Positions 8,094-17,296 of a stretch of DNA of 42,670 nucleotides are shown here, piece by piece. Under the pieces are notes generated by a model. It had not been told where the DNA came from. It ran no database searches and was given only the letters and a program-made list of their open reading frames with translations. The stretch is from Acidobacteriota bacterium. Its GTDB lineage: Bacteria; Acidobacteriota; Terriglobia; 20CM-2-55-15. Made by a program: the position numbers and the translations under genes. The stretch is taken from positions 441-43,110 of the forward strand of contig QHXD01000015.1 of the NCBI GenBank assembly GCA_003223895.1, in the 5' to 3' direction. Position 1 is the stretch's first letter; the number at the start of each line of letters is the position of its first letter.

Positions 8094-9653
8094 CTACAGC
8101 GGGATGTTGCCGTGTTTCTTCGGCGGGTTGGTATCGCGTTTCGTGTTGAGCATTCGAAGGGCGGTGATCAGCTTTCGCCGCGTATATTTCGGTTCGATGA
8201 CTTCATCGATGAAACCGTGCTGGGCGGCGATGTAAGGATTTGCAAACTTCTCCCGAAATTCTTCCACCTTCTCCCGCCGTTGTTTCTCCACATCTTCTGC
8301 CGCCGCGAGCTCTCGCCGATAAATGATATTCACCGCGCCTTCGGGCCCCATCACGGCAATCTCGGCAGTCGGGTAGGCGAAATTCACATCCGTCCGGATG
8401 TGTTTACTCGACATGACGCAGTAGGCGCCGCCGTATGCCTTCCGCGTAATAACCGTCAGCTTCGGGACCGTGGCTTCGGCAAATGCAAACAGCAGCTTCG
8501 CTCCGTGCTTGATGATCCCGCCGAATTCCTGGTTCGTGCCGGGCAGAAATCCCGGAACATCTTCGAATGTAACGAGCGGAATATTGAAGGCATCGCAGAA
8601 CCGGACGAAGCGCGCGCCTTTAATGGAACCTGCGATGTCGAGACAACCCGCCAGGAACGCGGGTTGATTCGCGACGATTCCCACGGGCCGCCCGTCCAGA
8701 CGGGCGAAGCCAATGACCAGATTTTTCGCGTAATACTCCTGAACCTCGAAGAAGTAATTCTCGTCGACAATCGCATGGATGACGTCCTTCATGTCGTACG
8801 GAACGTTCGACTCCGTAGGCACCATTGTGTCCAGGGCTTCTTCAACGCGGTCCCAGGAATCGTTCGTTGCCCGGCGCGGCGGATCTTCCAGGTTGTTGGA
8901 CGGGATGAACGAAAACAGCTCGCGCAGAAGCAGCAGGCACTCTTCGTCGTTGCGGGAAAGGAAATGCGCCACGCCGCTGGTGCTGTTATGGGTCATGGCG
9001 CCGCCGAGCTCGTCCTTCGTGACTTCCTCGTGAGTGACGGTCTTGATGACGTCGGGGCCCGTCACGAACATATAGCTGGTTTTGTCGACCATCGCGATGA
9101 AGTCCGTTATGGCGGGCGAGTACACCGCGCCGCCGGCGCACGGCCCCATGATCGCGGAGATCTGAGGGATCACGCCTGAAGCGACCGTATTTCTAAGAAA
9201 AATATCGGCATAGCCGGCAAGCGAGACAACGCCTTCCTGGATTCTGGCGCCGCCCGAGTCGTTCAGCCCGATGACAGGCGCGCCCATCTTCATGGCGAGG
9301 TCCATGACTTTGCAGATTTTTTGTGCATTGGTTTCGCTCAGCGAACCGCCGAAAACGGTGAAGTCCTGCGCAAAGACGTAGACGAGGCGGCCGTCAATGC
9401 GGCCGTATCCGGAAACGACGCCGTCGCCGGGATACTGCTGCTCCTGCATCCCGAAATCCAGACATCGATGCGTGACGAACTTGTCGAGTTCTTCGAAGGA
9501 GTCCTTGTCCAGCAGCAGCGCGATCCGCTCGCGCGCCGTCATCTTGCCTTCGGCTTTCTGCCGCTCCAGGCGCTGCCGGCCACCGCCAGACTCAGCGGCG
9601 CGATTCAATTCGATGAGCTGCTCGATGCGATCGGATGCGGTGACCTTGGCCAT
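8094..9653 (-). CDS. pccB: Acyl-CoA carboxylase carboxyltransferase subunit (propionyl-CoA carboxylase beta / methylmalonyl-CoA carboxyltransferase family)
   Basis: The ORF is full-length with family-typical segments: [38 protein letters not shown] and RKAYGGAY. I chose the ATG at 9653 ([10 protein letters not shown]). The TTG extension to 9683 lies inside a palindrome. Confidence 0.9.
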   Translation of the reverse strand: MAKVTASDRIEQLIELNRAAESGGGRQRLERQKAEGKMTARERIALLLDKDSFEELDKFVTHRCLDFGMQEQQYPGDGVVSGYGRIDGRLVYVFAQDFTVFGGSLSETNAQKICKVMDLAMKMGAPVIGLNDSGGARIQEGVVSLAGYADIFLRNTVASGVIPQISAIMGPCAGGAVYSPAITDFIAMVDKTSYMFVTGPDVIKTVTHEEVTKDELGGAMTHNSTSGVAHFLSRNDEECLLLLRELFSFIPSNNLEDPPRRATNDSWDRVEEALDTMVPTESNVPYDMKDVIHAIVDENYFFEVQEYYAKNLVIGFARLDGRPVGIVANQPAFLAGCLDIAGSIKGARFVRFCDAFNIPLVTFEDVPGFLPGTNQEFGGIIKHGAKLLFAFAEATVPKLTVITRKAYGGAYCVMSSKHIRTDVNFAYPTAEIAVMGPEGAVNIIYRRELAAAEDVEKQRREKVEEFREKFANPYIAAQHGFIDEVIEPKYTRRKLITALRMLNTKRDTNPPKKHGNIPL

Positions 9654-9660
9654 AGCCACA

Positions 9661-9738
9661 AAATGACAATTGACTATCGACAAGTGACCATTGACAAAGC
9701 TTTGTAAATGGTCACTTGTCGATAGTCAATTGTCATTT
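9661..9738. repeat. 78-nt near-perfect AT-rich palindrome between the tal stop and the pccB start
   Basis: The 32-bp arm at 9661-9692 is the exact reverse complement of 9707-9738. The 14-nt centre contains the 12-nt palindrome acaaagctttgt. The tal TAA stop overlaps the right arm. Confidence 0.9.
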
Positions 9739-10387
9739 ACTTGATTACCGGGACCTTTTCCCAGTCTTTGAGGAACTGTTCGATGCCTTTATCCGTCAAC
9801 GGATGTTTCATGAGCTGATCGAAGACCTTTGCCGGCATCGTGCAGATATCGGCACCCATCAAGCCGGCCTCGACAATATGGATGGGATTGCGAACGGAAG
9901 CGACTAGCACTTCGGTCTTGAATTCGTAGTTGTTGAAGATCGTCACGATATCGTGGATGAGTTCCATCCCATTTTCACCGACGTCGTCCAGCCGGCCGAC
10001 AAACGGGCTCACGAAATAAGCGCCGGCCTTGGCTGCCATAATGGCCTGCGGTGCCGAGAACACGAGCGTCACATTGACGCGAATATGCTCGTCGGTGAGC
10101 ATCTTTGTGGCTTTCAGCCCTTCCTTCGTCATCGGACACTTCACAACGATGTTGCGATGAAGCTTCGCCAGATGCCGGCCCTCCTCGACCATGCCCGCCG
10201 CGTCACGGCTTACGGTTTCCGCGCTGACAGGCCCGTCTACTATCGAGCAAATCTTAAGAAGCTGGTCTTCGAACGAATTCCCTTCTTTCGAAATCAGTGT
10301 GGGATTCGTGGTAATACCATCGAGAACGCCTGTGCTGGCGGCGTCGCGGATCTCTTCGATGTTTGCAGTATCAAGGAAGAATTTCAT
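9737..10387 (-). CDS. tal: Transaldolase type 3B / fructose-6-phosphate aldolase family
   Basis: 216-aa ORF starting [14 protein letters not shown], with IVVKCP (Schiff-base Lys region) and SPFVGRLDD motifs. Confidence 0.9.
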   Translation of the reverse strand: MKFFLDTANIEEIRDAASTGVLDGITTNPTLISKEGNSFEDQLLKICSIVDGPVSAETVSRDAAGMVEEGRHLAKLHRNIVVKCPMTKEGLKATKMLTDEHIRVNVTLVFSAPQAIMAAKAGAYFVSPFVGRLDDVGENGMELIHDIVTIFNNYEFKTEVLVASVRNPIHIVEAGLMGADICTMPAKVFDQLMKHPLTDKGIEQFLKDWEKVPVIK

Positions 10388-10426
10388 GGCTCATCTCCTA
10401 TCAGATACTTCTATTGTAGCAAGAAT

Positions 10427-10502
10427 GAACGCGGGCTAAAGCCCGCGACTACATTCAGAGCGAAGATTTCCCAAATGTAGTCGCGGGCTTTAGCCCGCGT
10501 TC
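10427..10502. repeat. Second copy of the 29-bp-arm GAACGCGGGCTAAAGCCCGCGACTACATT hairpin
   Basis: 10427-10455 is the exact reverse complement of 10474-10502, with an 18-nt loop. The arms are identical to 7991-8019 and 8061-8089. The repeat lies between the lipoprotein stop (10512) and the tal start (10387). Confidence 0.9.
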
Positions 10503-10511
10503 AAGGCGCGT

Positions 10512-11447
10512 TCAAGGGGCCTGAAGCGGCGCCGATCGAGCGCTTTCGTTTCCAAATTCATCAACAGCGGAGACAGAGTAATACACACCTGGTCGATATC
10601 CAGGGTCAAAGAATCCGCTGGTCGGGTTCAGGCGTTCTGTAATCGGCCGGAAGGTTCCGTTGGCGCTCTCGCTGCGAAAAACCCGGTATCCGGCCAGATC
10701 TTCTTCCGAATTATCGTTCCAGGAGAGAAACGCTCCCGTGTCGGACGGAACGATATCGAGTCCGGTGGGAACCTGCGGAGGAGTCTTGTCTTCAGCAATA
10801 ACGGTAATCGCCGCCGGCTCGATGCCTGGAACCGTACCACCTTGAACATTCCGTAGCGCCGTAACCTGGTACGAGTAACTTCTGCCGGGCTGGTAACGGC
10901 TGTCCTCGTATCGTGTATCCGAAACCACCTGCGGTTCGTCCGCGGGATCGATCCGGTTTACCAGGTAGGCGTTCGCCAGCTCCGGATGTACCTGCGGCCT
11001 GTCCCACTGCAGCGTGATTCGCCTTTGATCGACAAGAGCGCGAAGAGCGGTAACTCTCCCGGGAACTTCCACAGGTGTGACTGAAGCACTATTCGAAATT
11101 CGAGAAAGCTTGCCCCGGCTTGTTTCCAGTTGCACGCTGAAAGAGCGTTCTGGCCCAGGCGCTGAACCGAGCGGAATCTCATAAGACTGCGCTCGTCCCG
11201 GAGCATTCACGTTGACGGTACCGATAACAGCATTGTTGCTGAAGATCTGAACTCGCGCGAGATCGTCCGCTGCGGAACCATCGATGTTCTTTGCCGGATT
11301 GGTCCACGTCAGAACCAGATTCTGTCCATTCTGGCGAGCGGCGAGATCGCTGACTGGTACCGGAACCCGGATGAATGGTGGAAGCGGGTCGCCCACTTTG
11401 CCACAACCCACAAGAAGCAGGAAGAGCACCAAAACGGCGTGGCGCAT
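10512..11447 (-). CDS. Lipoprotein with fibronectin-III-like repeats (function unknown)
   Basis: It has a signal peptide plus lipobox (LLLVGC GK). The body is beta-rich and repetitive with WxxP-type Fn3-like segments. It starts 3 nt after the hslU stop. Confidence 0.6.
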   Translation of the reverse strand: MRHAVLVLFLLLVGCGKVGDPLPPFIRVPVPVSDLAARQNGQNLVLTWTNPAKNIDGSAADDLARVQIFSNNAVIGTVNVNAPGRAQSYEIPLGSAPGPERSFSVQLETSRGKLSRISNSASVTPVEVPGRVTALRALVDQRRITLQWDRPQVHPELANAYLVNRIDPADEPQVVSDTRYEDSRYQPGRSYSYQVTALRNVQGGTVPGIEPAAITVIAEDKTPPQVPTGLDIVPSDTGAFLSWNDNSEEDLAGYRVFRSESANGTFRPITERLNPTSGFFDPGYRPGVYYSVSAVDEFGNESARSAPLQAP

Positions 11448-11450
11448 TTC

Positions 11451-12830
11451 TCACAAGATGTAGCGGCTGAGGTCCTGGTCCTTGACGATTTCGGCAAGCA
11501 TCTTCTGCACGTAAGCCGCGTCGATGCGGATGGACTTCTTCTTGAGGTCCGGCCCTTCAAAAGAGATTTCGTCGAGAAGCTTTTCCATGATTGTGTGCAG
11601 GCGGCGTGCACCAATGTTTTCGGTGCTCTCGTTCACAGTGGCCGCGAAACGGGCGATCTCCTGCACGGCATCGTCGAGAAAGGTCAGTTTGACTCCTTCG
11701 GTTTCAAGTAACGCCACGTATTGCTTGATGAGCGCGTTCTGCGGCTCCGTCAGGATCCTTACGAAATCTTCAACGGTGAGCGAATCCAGTTCGACGCGGA
11801 TGGGAAAACGGCCCTGCAGCTCTGGAATCAAATCGGCTGGCTTGCTGACGTGGAAGGCGCCTGCGGCGATGAACAGGATGTGATCGGTGCGCACCATGCC
11901 GTACCGGGTGTTGACGGTGGTCCCTTCGACGATCGGCAGGATGTCGCGCTGGACTCCCTCGCGGCTGACGTCGGGACCATGTCCCGATTCGCGACCGGCG
12001 ATTTTGTCGATTTCGTCGAGGAAGATGATGCCGCTGTTTTCAACCCGCTCAACGGCAAGGCGTGTGACCTGGTCCATGTCCACGAGCTTCGATTCTTCTT
12101 CCTGGATCAGGTAGTCGATGGCTTCGGCGACCTTCATCTTGCGTTTCTTTGTACGCTGTCCGAGAAAGCCCGGAAGGATATCCTTGATGTTGATATCCAT
12201 CTCCTCGATTCCCTGGTTGCTGATGATCTCAAATGCAGGAAAATTCCGCTCCTTCACTTCGATTTCAACAGTCCGGTCATCGAGTTTGCCGTCTCGAAGC
12301 TGGGCGCGCAGTTTCTCCCGCGTGCGATTCCACTGGTCGGAGGCTGCGCGGCTGCTGTCGTCTGCGGAAGCGACCGGCATGGGCGGCAGCAGAAGATCGA
12401 GGATTCGCTCTTCAGCGTTGGTGTCGGCCTTATCGGCCACCTCTTCGAGCTTCTCGTTGCGGACCATCTCGATTGAGATCTCGACGAGATCGCGAATCAT
12501 CGACTCCACGTCGCGGCCGACGTACCCGACTTCAGTAAATTTTGAAGCTTCCACTTTGAGGAAAGGCGAATTGGCGAGCTTTGCAAGACGCCGCGCGATT
12601 TCGGTCTTACCCACGCCGGTGGGACCGATCATGATGATGTTCTTGGGCATGATCTCTTCCGCCATCTCGGGCGAGAGCTTCTGGCGGCGGATGCGATTTC
12701 TAAGCGCGATGGCCACGGCCCGCTTGGCGCCGGCCTGCCCGATAACGTACTTGTCGAGCTCGCGAACAATCTCGCGCGGGGTCAGTTCGTCCAGGTGGGG
12801 CGTTTCGTCTACTGTCTCCGATACGTACAT
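11451..12830 (-). CDS. hslU: ATP-dependent protease ATPase subunit HslU
   Basis: It has Walker [16 protein letters not shown], plus [19 protein letters not shown]-like, and a C-terminal DLSRYIL. Near-colinear with E. coli HslU as I recall it. Confidence 0.95.
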   Translation of the reverse strand: MYVSETVDETPHLDELTPREIVRELDKYVIGQAGAKRAVAIALRNRIRRQKLSPEMAEEIMPKNIIMIGPTGVGKTEIARRLAKLANSPFLKVEASKFTEVGYVGRDVESMIRDLVEISIEMVRNEKLEEVADKADTNAEERILDLLLPPMPVASADDSSRAASDQWNRTREKLRAQLRDGKLDDRTVEIEVKERNFPAFEIISNQGIEEMDINIKDILPGFLGQRTKKRKMKVAEAIDYLIQEEESKLVDMDQVTRLAVERVENSGIIFLDEIDKIAGRESGHGPDVSREGVQRDILPIVEGTTVNTRYGMVRTDHILFIAAGAFHVSKPADLIPELQGRFPIRVELDSLTVEDFVRILTEPQNALIKQYVALLETEGVKLTFLDDAVQEIARFAATVNESTENIGARRLHTIMEKLLDEISFEGPDLKKKSIRIDAAYVQKMLAEIVKDQDLSRYIL

Positions 12831-12859
12831 ACAAGTTCGATTCTAACAGGAATGCATCC

Positions 12860-12886
12860 GCGGATTACGCGGATTACGCGGATTAC
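12860..12886. repeat. Tandem 9-mer (GCGGATTAC) x3 in the hslV-hslU spacer
   Basis: Three exact head-to-tail copies at 12860-12868, 12869-12877 and 12878-12886. Confidence 0.8.
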
Positions 12887-12893
12887 ACGGCTT

Positions 12894-13430
12894 CTATAAT
12901 TCTTCAATCGTTATGCTTTCATTGGTATAGATACAAATCTTTCCCGCAATCTGCATGGCTTCCAGCGCAATTTCGCGCGCGCCCAGGTCCGTAAACTTGT
13001 TCAGGGCCCGAGCGGCGGCCAGCGCGTAGGCGCCGCCTGAGCCAATACCGGCAAGACCATCGTCCGGCTCGATCAGGTCGCCGTTCCCCGAGATGAGAAA
13101 CGTATTCTTGTCATCGGCAACGATCATCACGGCTTCCAGGTGTCGCAGCGACCGGTCCGTTCTCCAGTCCTTCGCAAGCTCGACGGCCGCGCGGCTCAGG
13201 TTTCCGTGAAACTGTTCGAGCTTCGCTTCGAAGCGTGAGAACAGGGCAAAGGAGTCCGCAGACGAGCCGGCAAACCCGGCGATGATCTTGTCGTTGTAGA
13301 GGCGCCGGATCTTCTTGGCGCCGTGCTTGATGACGGTGTCGCCCAGTGTCACCTGGCCGTCGCCCGCAATGGCCACTTTGTTCTTCTTGCGGACGCAAAG
13401 AATCGTCGTCGCTTGAATAGAAGGATTCAT
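12894..13430 (-). CDS. hslV: ATP-dependent protease subunit HslV
   Basis: The ATG at 13430 gives [15 protein letters not shown] (TT active-site Thr region), followed by GDGQVT and GSGG motifs. The longest ORF (to 13523) would overlap the upstream gene. Confidence 0.92.
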   Translation of the reverse strand: MNPSIQATTILCVRKKNKVAIAGDGQVTLGDTVIKHGAKKIRRLYNDKIIAGFAGSSADSFALFSRFEAKLEQFHGNLSRAAVELAKDWRTDRSLRHLEAVMIVADDKNTFLISGNGDLIEPDDGLAGIGSGGAYALAAARALNKFTDLGAREIALEAMQIAGKICIYTNESITIEEL

Positions 13431-13434
13431 TCGC

Positions 13435-14187
13435 CTATTTTGTCGCCGGGGGTGAGAAGAGATTGTCTGAAAGTCCGGAATTATAAGCCGCCGTCTCGGC
13501 ACGGATCTCCATGATCTTAACACCGTCTTTGTAGCGGCCTACAAAAAGAGGTGTCATCACTCCCTGAAATTTATGCCAGTTGCCATATTGCTCTTCGTTG
13601 AGTTTGGTCTCATCAGATCTACGGATCTGCATCTTGACCGGCAGTTTTGTTTCCCGATCGACGTAAAAACGAATGCGATTCTTGGCCGGATCGCGCAATT
13701 CCACCACGTCCGTCCGTTTGAAATCGATGATCTCGCTGGAAAGACTTTGAATTGTCGTCTGGGGCTGCTTGACGACGAACCGCAGCACGTAATCGAAGCT
13801 TGTCTTGAAATTCGCGAGAAATTCTTCGCCTGCCTTGACCGGCATCGGCTGAGGCTCCTTCTCCTTCGGTTCGATCTTCCAGCCTTCCGTTCCCCGGTTG
13901 ATCGTGATCGACTTGTTCTTGCCGAACCCGAACTCTGTGCGTTCCATGTCCGGAAACTTGATGTAATCCGCGAAAATGTCCGAGCCGCTCAGTTCGCCCT
14001 TCGTGAATGCGAAAAACCGGCCGCCGGTCTGGATCTCTTTCACATCCACGAATGCCGGGCCTCCGAGCGCCTGAATCATCTGGTCCATAACCGGGTTGGA
14101 CCGCGACTGCGCCGTGGCAGGCGGGCCGGCAAGCGATAGCGCCGCGGCAATTACGATCGTAGTGATAAGCCAGGATAGTCTACTCAT
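13435..14187 (-). CDS. Secreted hypothetical protein (tentatively LolA/outer-membrane lipoprotein-sorting fold)
   Basis: The ATG at 14187 gives a clear signal peptide, [27 protein letters not shown]. The fold assignment is only my impression of the sequence style. There is an 8-nt overlap with the upstream gene end. Confidence 0.5.
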   Translation of the reverse strand: MSRLSWLITTIVIAAALSLAGPPATAQSRSNPVMDQMIQALGGPAFVDVKEIQTGGRFFAFTKGELSGSDIFADYIKFPDMERTEFGFGKNKSITINRGTEGWKIEPKEKEPQPMPVKAGEEFLANFKTSFDYVLRFVVKQPQTTIQSLSSEIIDFKRTDVVELRDPAKNRIRFYVDRETKLPVKMQIRRSDETKLNEEQYGNWHKFQGVMTPLFVGRYKDGVKIMEIRAETAAYNSGLSDNLFSPPATK

Positions 14188-14917
14188 TGAAGTTGGAATT
14201 ATTATAACGAACGAGCGCTTGTTCGATAAACGATGTGAACAGCGCCTTCGAAAACGGATCTTTCTTCCATTCCCTCTCCGGATGCCATTGTACGCCGATA
14301 ATGAAGCGTCCAGTCGTATCTTCAATCGCTTCGATTACTCCATCGGGCGCAAAAGCAACCGCCCGCAGATTGCGTCCCGGTGTCTCGACGGCTTGATGGT
14401 GAGAGCTGTTGACCTCGACTTCAGACCGGCCGGCGAGGCGGGCGATCAGGCTGCCTTCATCCAGGCGGACATGGTGCCGGGCGGGCGGCCGGTCATTCTC
14501 TTCATCGTGGATCAACGGCCCGGAAACCAGCGAGGGAATGTCCTGCACCAGCGTACCACCCCGATGAACATTGAGGCTCTGTACACCGAAGCAGATTCCC
14601 AGTACGGGCAGGGCCTTTCGGTCGGCGTGCTCGAGGAGCGTGAAGTCTGTGTCATCACGCTCCGGAAAAAGGCGGCCGAGTTTGTCGTGCCGGGCGGCCC
14701 CGTAGTGTGCCGGATCGATATCGGTTGGACTGCCCGGCAGGAGAATGCCATGCACACGCTTGATATAGTCGTGCACGATCTCGCAATCGCCTAAACACGG
14801 AATCAGGAGAGGCAGGCCGCCCGCCCAGAGCACCGCATCGACGTAGTGGCGGATCTGGCCGATGTACTCAGTCTTTTCGTGATAACGAGTAGGAATTCCG
14901 ATCCAGGGTTTTGCCAT
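14180..14917 (-). CDS. Class I glutamine amidotransferase, peptidase C26 / gamma-glutamyl-GABA hydrolase-like
   Basis: It has GICFGVQSLN (nucleophile Cys), VQWHPE (His/Glu), and a WIGIPT N-terminus typical of the family. Confidence 0.8.
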   Translation of the reverse strand: MAKPWIGIPTRYHEKTEYIGQIRHYVDAVLWAGGLPLLIPCLGDCEIVHDYIKRVHGILLPGSPTDIDPAHYGAARHDKLGRLFPERDDTDFTLLEHADRKALPVLGICFGVQSLNVHRGGTLVQDIPSLVSGPLIHDEENDRPPARHHVRLDEGSLIARLAGRSEVEVNSSHHQAVETPGRNLRAVAFAPDGVIEAIEDTTGRFIIGVQWHPEREWKKDPFSKALFTSFIEQALVRYNNSNFNE

Positions 14918-15632
14918 GATTAAACGCTCTGACTATTTCCTCGCGAACGCGATTTGCAAGGTCGTTGCTGGAGAGTCCCTCCGCGGGAATAGGTTTTCCA
15001 ACAATCACCTCGACCGATCCTCCATGCACGTGGTACGTCGTTGGCACCAGCACCGATCGCGATCCGCGAATCGTCACCGGAACCGCCGCGGCATTCGCTT
15101 TCATCGCCAGCATAAAACCCCCGCCCTTGAAGGGTTTGAGGCTGCCATCGCGGCTGGTTCCGCCTTCGGGAAAGATCATCACGGGCGTTCCACCCTTGAT
15201 CGCGTCCGCCGCCTGGTGAAGTGATTTGACGGCCGCATGAGGATTTTCTCTATCAATCGGCACGTGGCCGGACCGGCGCAGGTGCCATCCAAGAAACGGA
15301 TAACGGAACAACTGCTTCTTCGCCGCAAACCGGAATTGGAACGGCAGCGCGGCCAGAAGGATCGGGATGTCCATATGACTCTGATGGTTCACGCAAAGCA
15401 CATAGGGAGCATGCGGCCTGATGTGCTCGACACCCTTCACGCTCAGGCGGACTCGAGAAGTCCAAAGAATCATCCGAGCCCATATCCTGGCGCAGGCATG
15501 CTGCATCCGCCCACGGGCGTCCAGCAGCGAACTGGCGACCGAAATCGACGCCATGATGCCTGTGTACAGGAAAATTAATGGCGCTGTGATCAGCAGAGAG
15601 CGCGCATAGCTGAGCCTGGTTCCGACGGCCAT
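14868..15632 (-). CDS. plsC: 1-acyl-sn-glycerol-3-phosphate acyltransferase
   Basis: It has NHQSHMD (HX4D) and FPEGGTSRDG motifs and an N-terminal TM segment. There is a 50-nt overlap with the downstream gene start. Confidence 0.85.
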   Translation of the reverse strand: MAVGTRLSYARSLLITAPLIFLYTGIMASISVASSLLDARGRMQHACARIWARMILWTSRVRLSVKGVEHIRPHAPYVLCVNHQSHMDIPILLAALPFQFRFAAKKQLFRYPFLGWHLRRSGHVPIDRENPHAAVKSLHQAADAIKGGTPVMIFPEGGTSRDGSLKPFKGGGFMLAMKANAAAVPVTIRGSRSVLVPTTYHVHGGSVEVIVGKPIPAEGLSSNDLANRVREEIVRAFNHGKTLDRNSYSLSRKD

Positions 15633-15635
15633 GGC

Positions 15636-16835
15636 TTACTGTAGCATGGCGCGTGCCTCGCCAATCAGGTACAGCGAACCGCAAATGAGGACGGGGTAGC
15701 CGGCGGGGGCGTGCGCCCGAGCGAAGTGAATCGCATCCGTCACCGAAGGTTCTACGCGCGAGCCGGGAACCAGCTCTTGAAGAGCCGCCGGATCCTTGGC
15801 CCGGGTGCTGTTTGGCTTCGTAAAGATGAACTGGCTCGCATGCGGCTCGAGGATCGCGATCATTTCTTCGAACTGCTTATCGGCCATTGCGCCAAAAATG
15901 ATCCACACGTGCGGGTAAAACTCTTCAAGGAACCGCGCGAGCGCTTTCGCCGCGGCGACGTTGTGGGCGCCATCGAGCAGAAAGTGGCCGATTCTTTCCA
16001 ACCGGCCCGGCCAGGTTGCGGTATTGACGCCGCGAATAATGTCGTCCTCAGCGAGACCCAGACACTCCGCTGCACGAACCGCAATCGTCACGTTTTCGAC
16101 CTGGTGACGGCCTGCCAGCCGCGGTCTGAGATTGCGATACCGCCCGATGTCCAGCTCAAAGTAGCCGTCGCCCAAAGACCGGACTTCTTGTTTCAGGTCT
16201 GCAGCCCGAACGAGCCTTGCTCCGGCCTTCTCTCGTATCGCGGGCAAATCCGCCGCCGGACCGATGACAACCGGCTCGTCGTCTTTGATGATGCCGGCTT
16301 TTTCAGCAGCGATCGCTTCTATGGTTGTCCCGAGGTATTCCTGGTGGTCGAGGCCAATGCTGGTAATGACGGATACCTCCTGCCGGACGATGTTGGTCGC
16401 ATCGAGCCTTCCTCCAAGCCCCACCTCGAGCACTGCAAACTTCACCCGGTCCCGGAAGTAGAGAAACGCCATCGCCGTCACGATTTCAAAGTAGGTGGGC
16501 GGATAGAGCAGCTCCTTCGCCGTGGCGGTGGCGGCCTTCACGTGGTCGAACACATCCTTCAGGTCGCCGTCGGAAATCTCCTTTTCCCCGATCCGAATTC
16601 TCTCGTTCAATCGCGTCAGATGCGGCGACGTGTACAACGCTGCTTCCGGCATCATCGCGGAGAGAAGCCTTGCGACAGAGCCTTTGCCATTCGTCCCTGC
16701 AATGAGCACAGACCTGAACGCTTTCTGCGGATTTCCAAGCGCGGAGGCCAATGCCGCCATATTGCGCAGGTCATAGCGGATCGATCGATATTCGTTTGTG
16801 AGAGAAAACAGATAGGCAAGATCGTCAGGAGACAT
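15636..16835 (-). CDS. folC: Bifunctional folylpolyglutamate synthase / dihydrofolate synthase
   Basis: It has a GTNGKGS P-loop and Mur-ligase-like architecture. I chose the ATG at 16835 (MSPDDLAYLFSL). The longer ORF start at 16898 reads through the heptamer repeat and into the neighbouring gene. Confidence 0.9.
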   Translation of the reverse strand: MSPDDLAYLFSLTNEYRSIRYDLRNMAALASALGNPQKAFRSVLIAGTNGKGSVARLLSAMMPEAALYTSPHLTRLNERIRIGEKEISDGDLKDVFDHVKAATATAKELLYPPTYFEIVTAMAFLYFRDRVKFAVLEVGLGGRLDATNIVRQEVSVITSIGLDHQEYLGTTIEAIAAEKAGIIKDDEPVVIGPAADLPAIREKAGARLVRAADLKQEVRSLGDGYFELDIGRYRNLRPRLAGRHQVENVTIAVRAAECLGLAEDDIIRGVNTATWPGRLERIGHFLLDGAHNVAAAKALARFLEEFYPHVWIIFGAMADKQFEEMIAILEPHASQFIFTKPNSTRAKDPAALQELVPGSRVEPSVTDAIHFARAHAPAGYPVLICGSLYLIGEARAMLQ

Positions 16836-16838
16836 GTT

Positions 16839-16875
16839 GGGGAGGAAGCCAGAAGCCAGAAGCCAGAAGCCAGAA
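16839..16875. repeat. Heptanucleotide microsatellite GGGGAGGAA-(GCCAGAA)x4
   Basis: Exact units at 16848-16854, 16855-16861, 16862-16868 and 16869-16875. This array is the reverse complement of the array at 17257-17291. Confidence 0.9.
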
Positions 16876-16879
16876 GGAG

Positions 16880-17242
16880 CTAGTTGAGACGAATACACGC
16901 AATGTAGCGTTCAAGTAAGCGAGAAATCTCCTCAATGTGGTCGAGCAGTGTTGCATTGTCCAGATACCCCAAGTCGTCGGCAAGGATTAGATAATAGCGC
17001 GCCTCCTCTAACGATCCTTGCGCGATATTCATAAGGCGTGCCTTGTCCGGTTTGCCACGTTTTACAAAACCCTCAGCGATATTAGCTGGCACAGAGACAG
17101 CAGCCCGCCGCAATTGGGAGGTTAGTCCGAAAATCTCGGTTCTCGGAAATGACGCAGATTCCCGATAAACCGTTAGCACAAACTCGTGTGCCTTCCTCCA
17201 AACGATAAGATCTTGGAAAGTTCTTGAGGGCGATCTCGACAT
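16880..17242 (-). CDS. Four-helix-bundle protein (23S rRNA intervening-sequence protein / Avd family)
   Basis: 120-aa ORF with FQDLIVWRKAHEF, FGLTSQLRRAAVSVPANIAEGF and GSLEEARYYLILADDLGY. These are signature segments of the TIGR02436/PF05635-type family as I know it. Confidence 0.85.
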   Translation of the reverse strand: MSRSPSRTFQDLIVWRKAHEFVLTVYRESASFPRTEIFGLTSQLRRAAVSVPANIAEGFVKRGKPDKARLMNIAQGSLEEARYYLILADDLGYLDNATLLDHIEEISRLLERYIACIRLN

Positions 17243-17253
17243 TCAAGTACGTG

Positions 17254-17296
17254 TTCTTCTGGCTTCTGGCTTCTGGCTTCTGGCTTCTGGCTTCTC
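17254..17296. repeat. Heptanucleotide microsatellite (TTCTGGC)x5 plus partial units
   Basis: Five exact units run from 17257 to 17291, flanked by partial units. The array ends exactly at the topA stop codon (17297-17299). Confidence 0.9.

Noticed and set aside
8028-9179. 383-aa ORF on the plus strand
   Set aside because: It lies entirely antisense to a full-length, motif-rich pccB. Its composition is Arg/Gly/His-rich and low in complexity, typical of antisense frames in high-GC DNA. No recognisable motifs are present.
9654-9907. The MSIVNCHF... extension of pccB and the mirror [13 protein letters not shown]... at 9716-9907
   Set aside because: Both arise from the two arms of the 78-nt palindrome. 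The plus-strand ORF is antisense to tal.
15711-16883. 390-aa ORF on the plus strand
   Set aside because: It is antisense to folC, Arg-rich, and has no motifs. It is a high-GC open-frame artefact.
16880-17242. Avd-like gene as a marker of a diversity-generating retroelement
   Set aside because: There is no reverse transcriptase gene. I also found no template/variable repeat pair with adenine-specific differences anywhere in the window.
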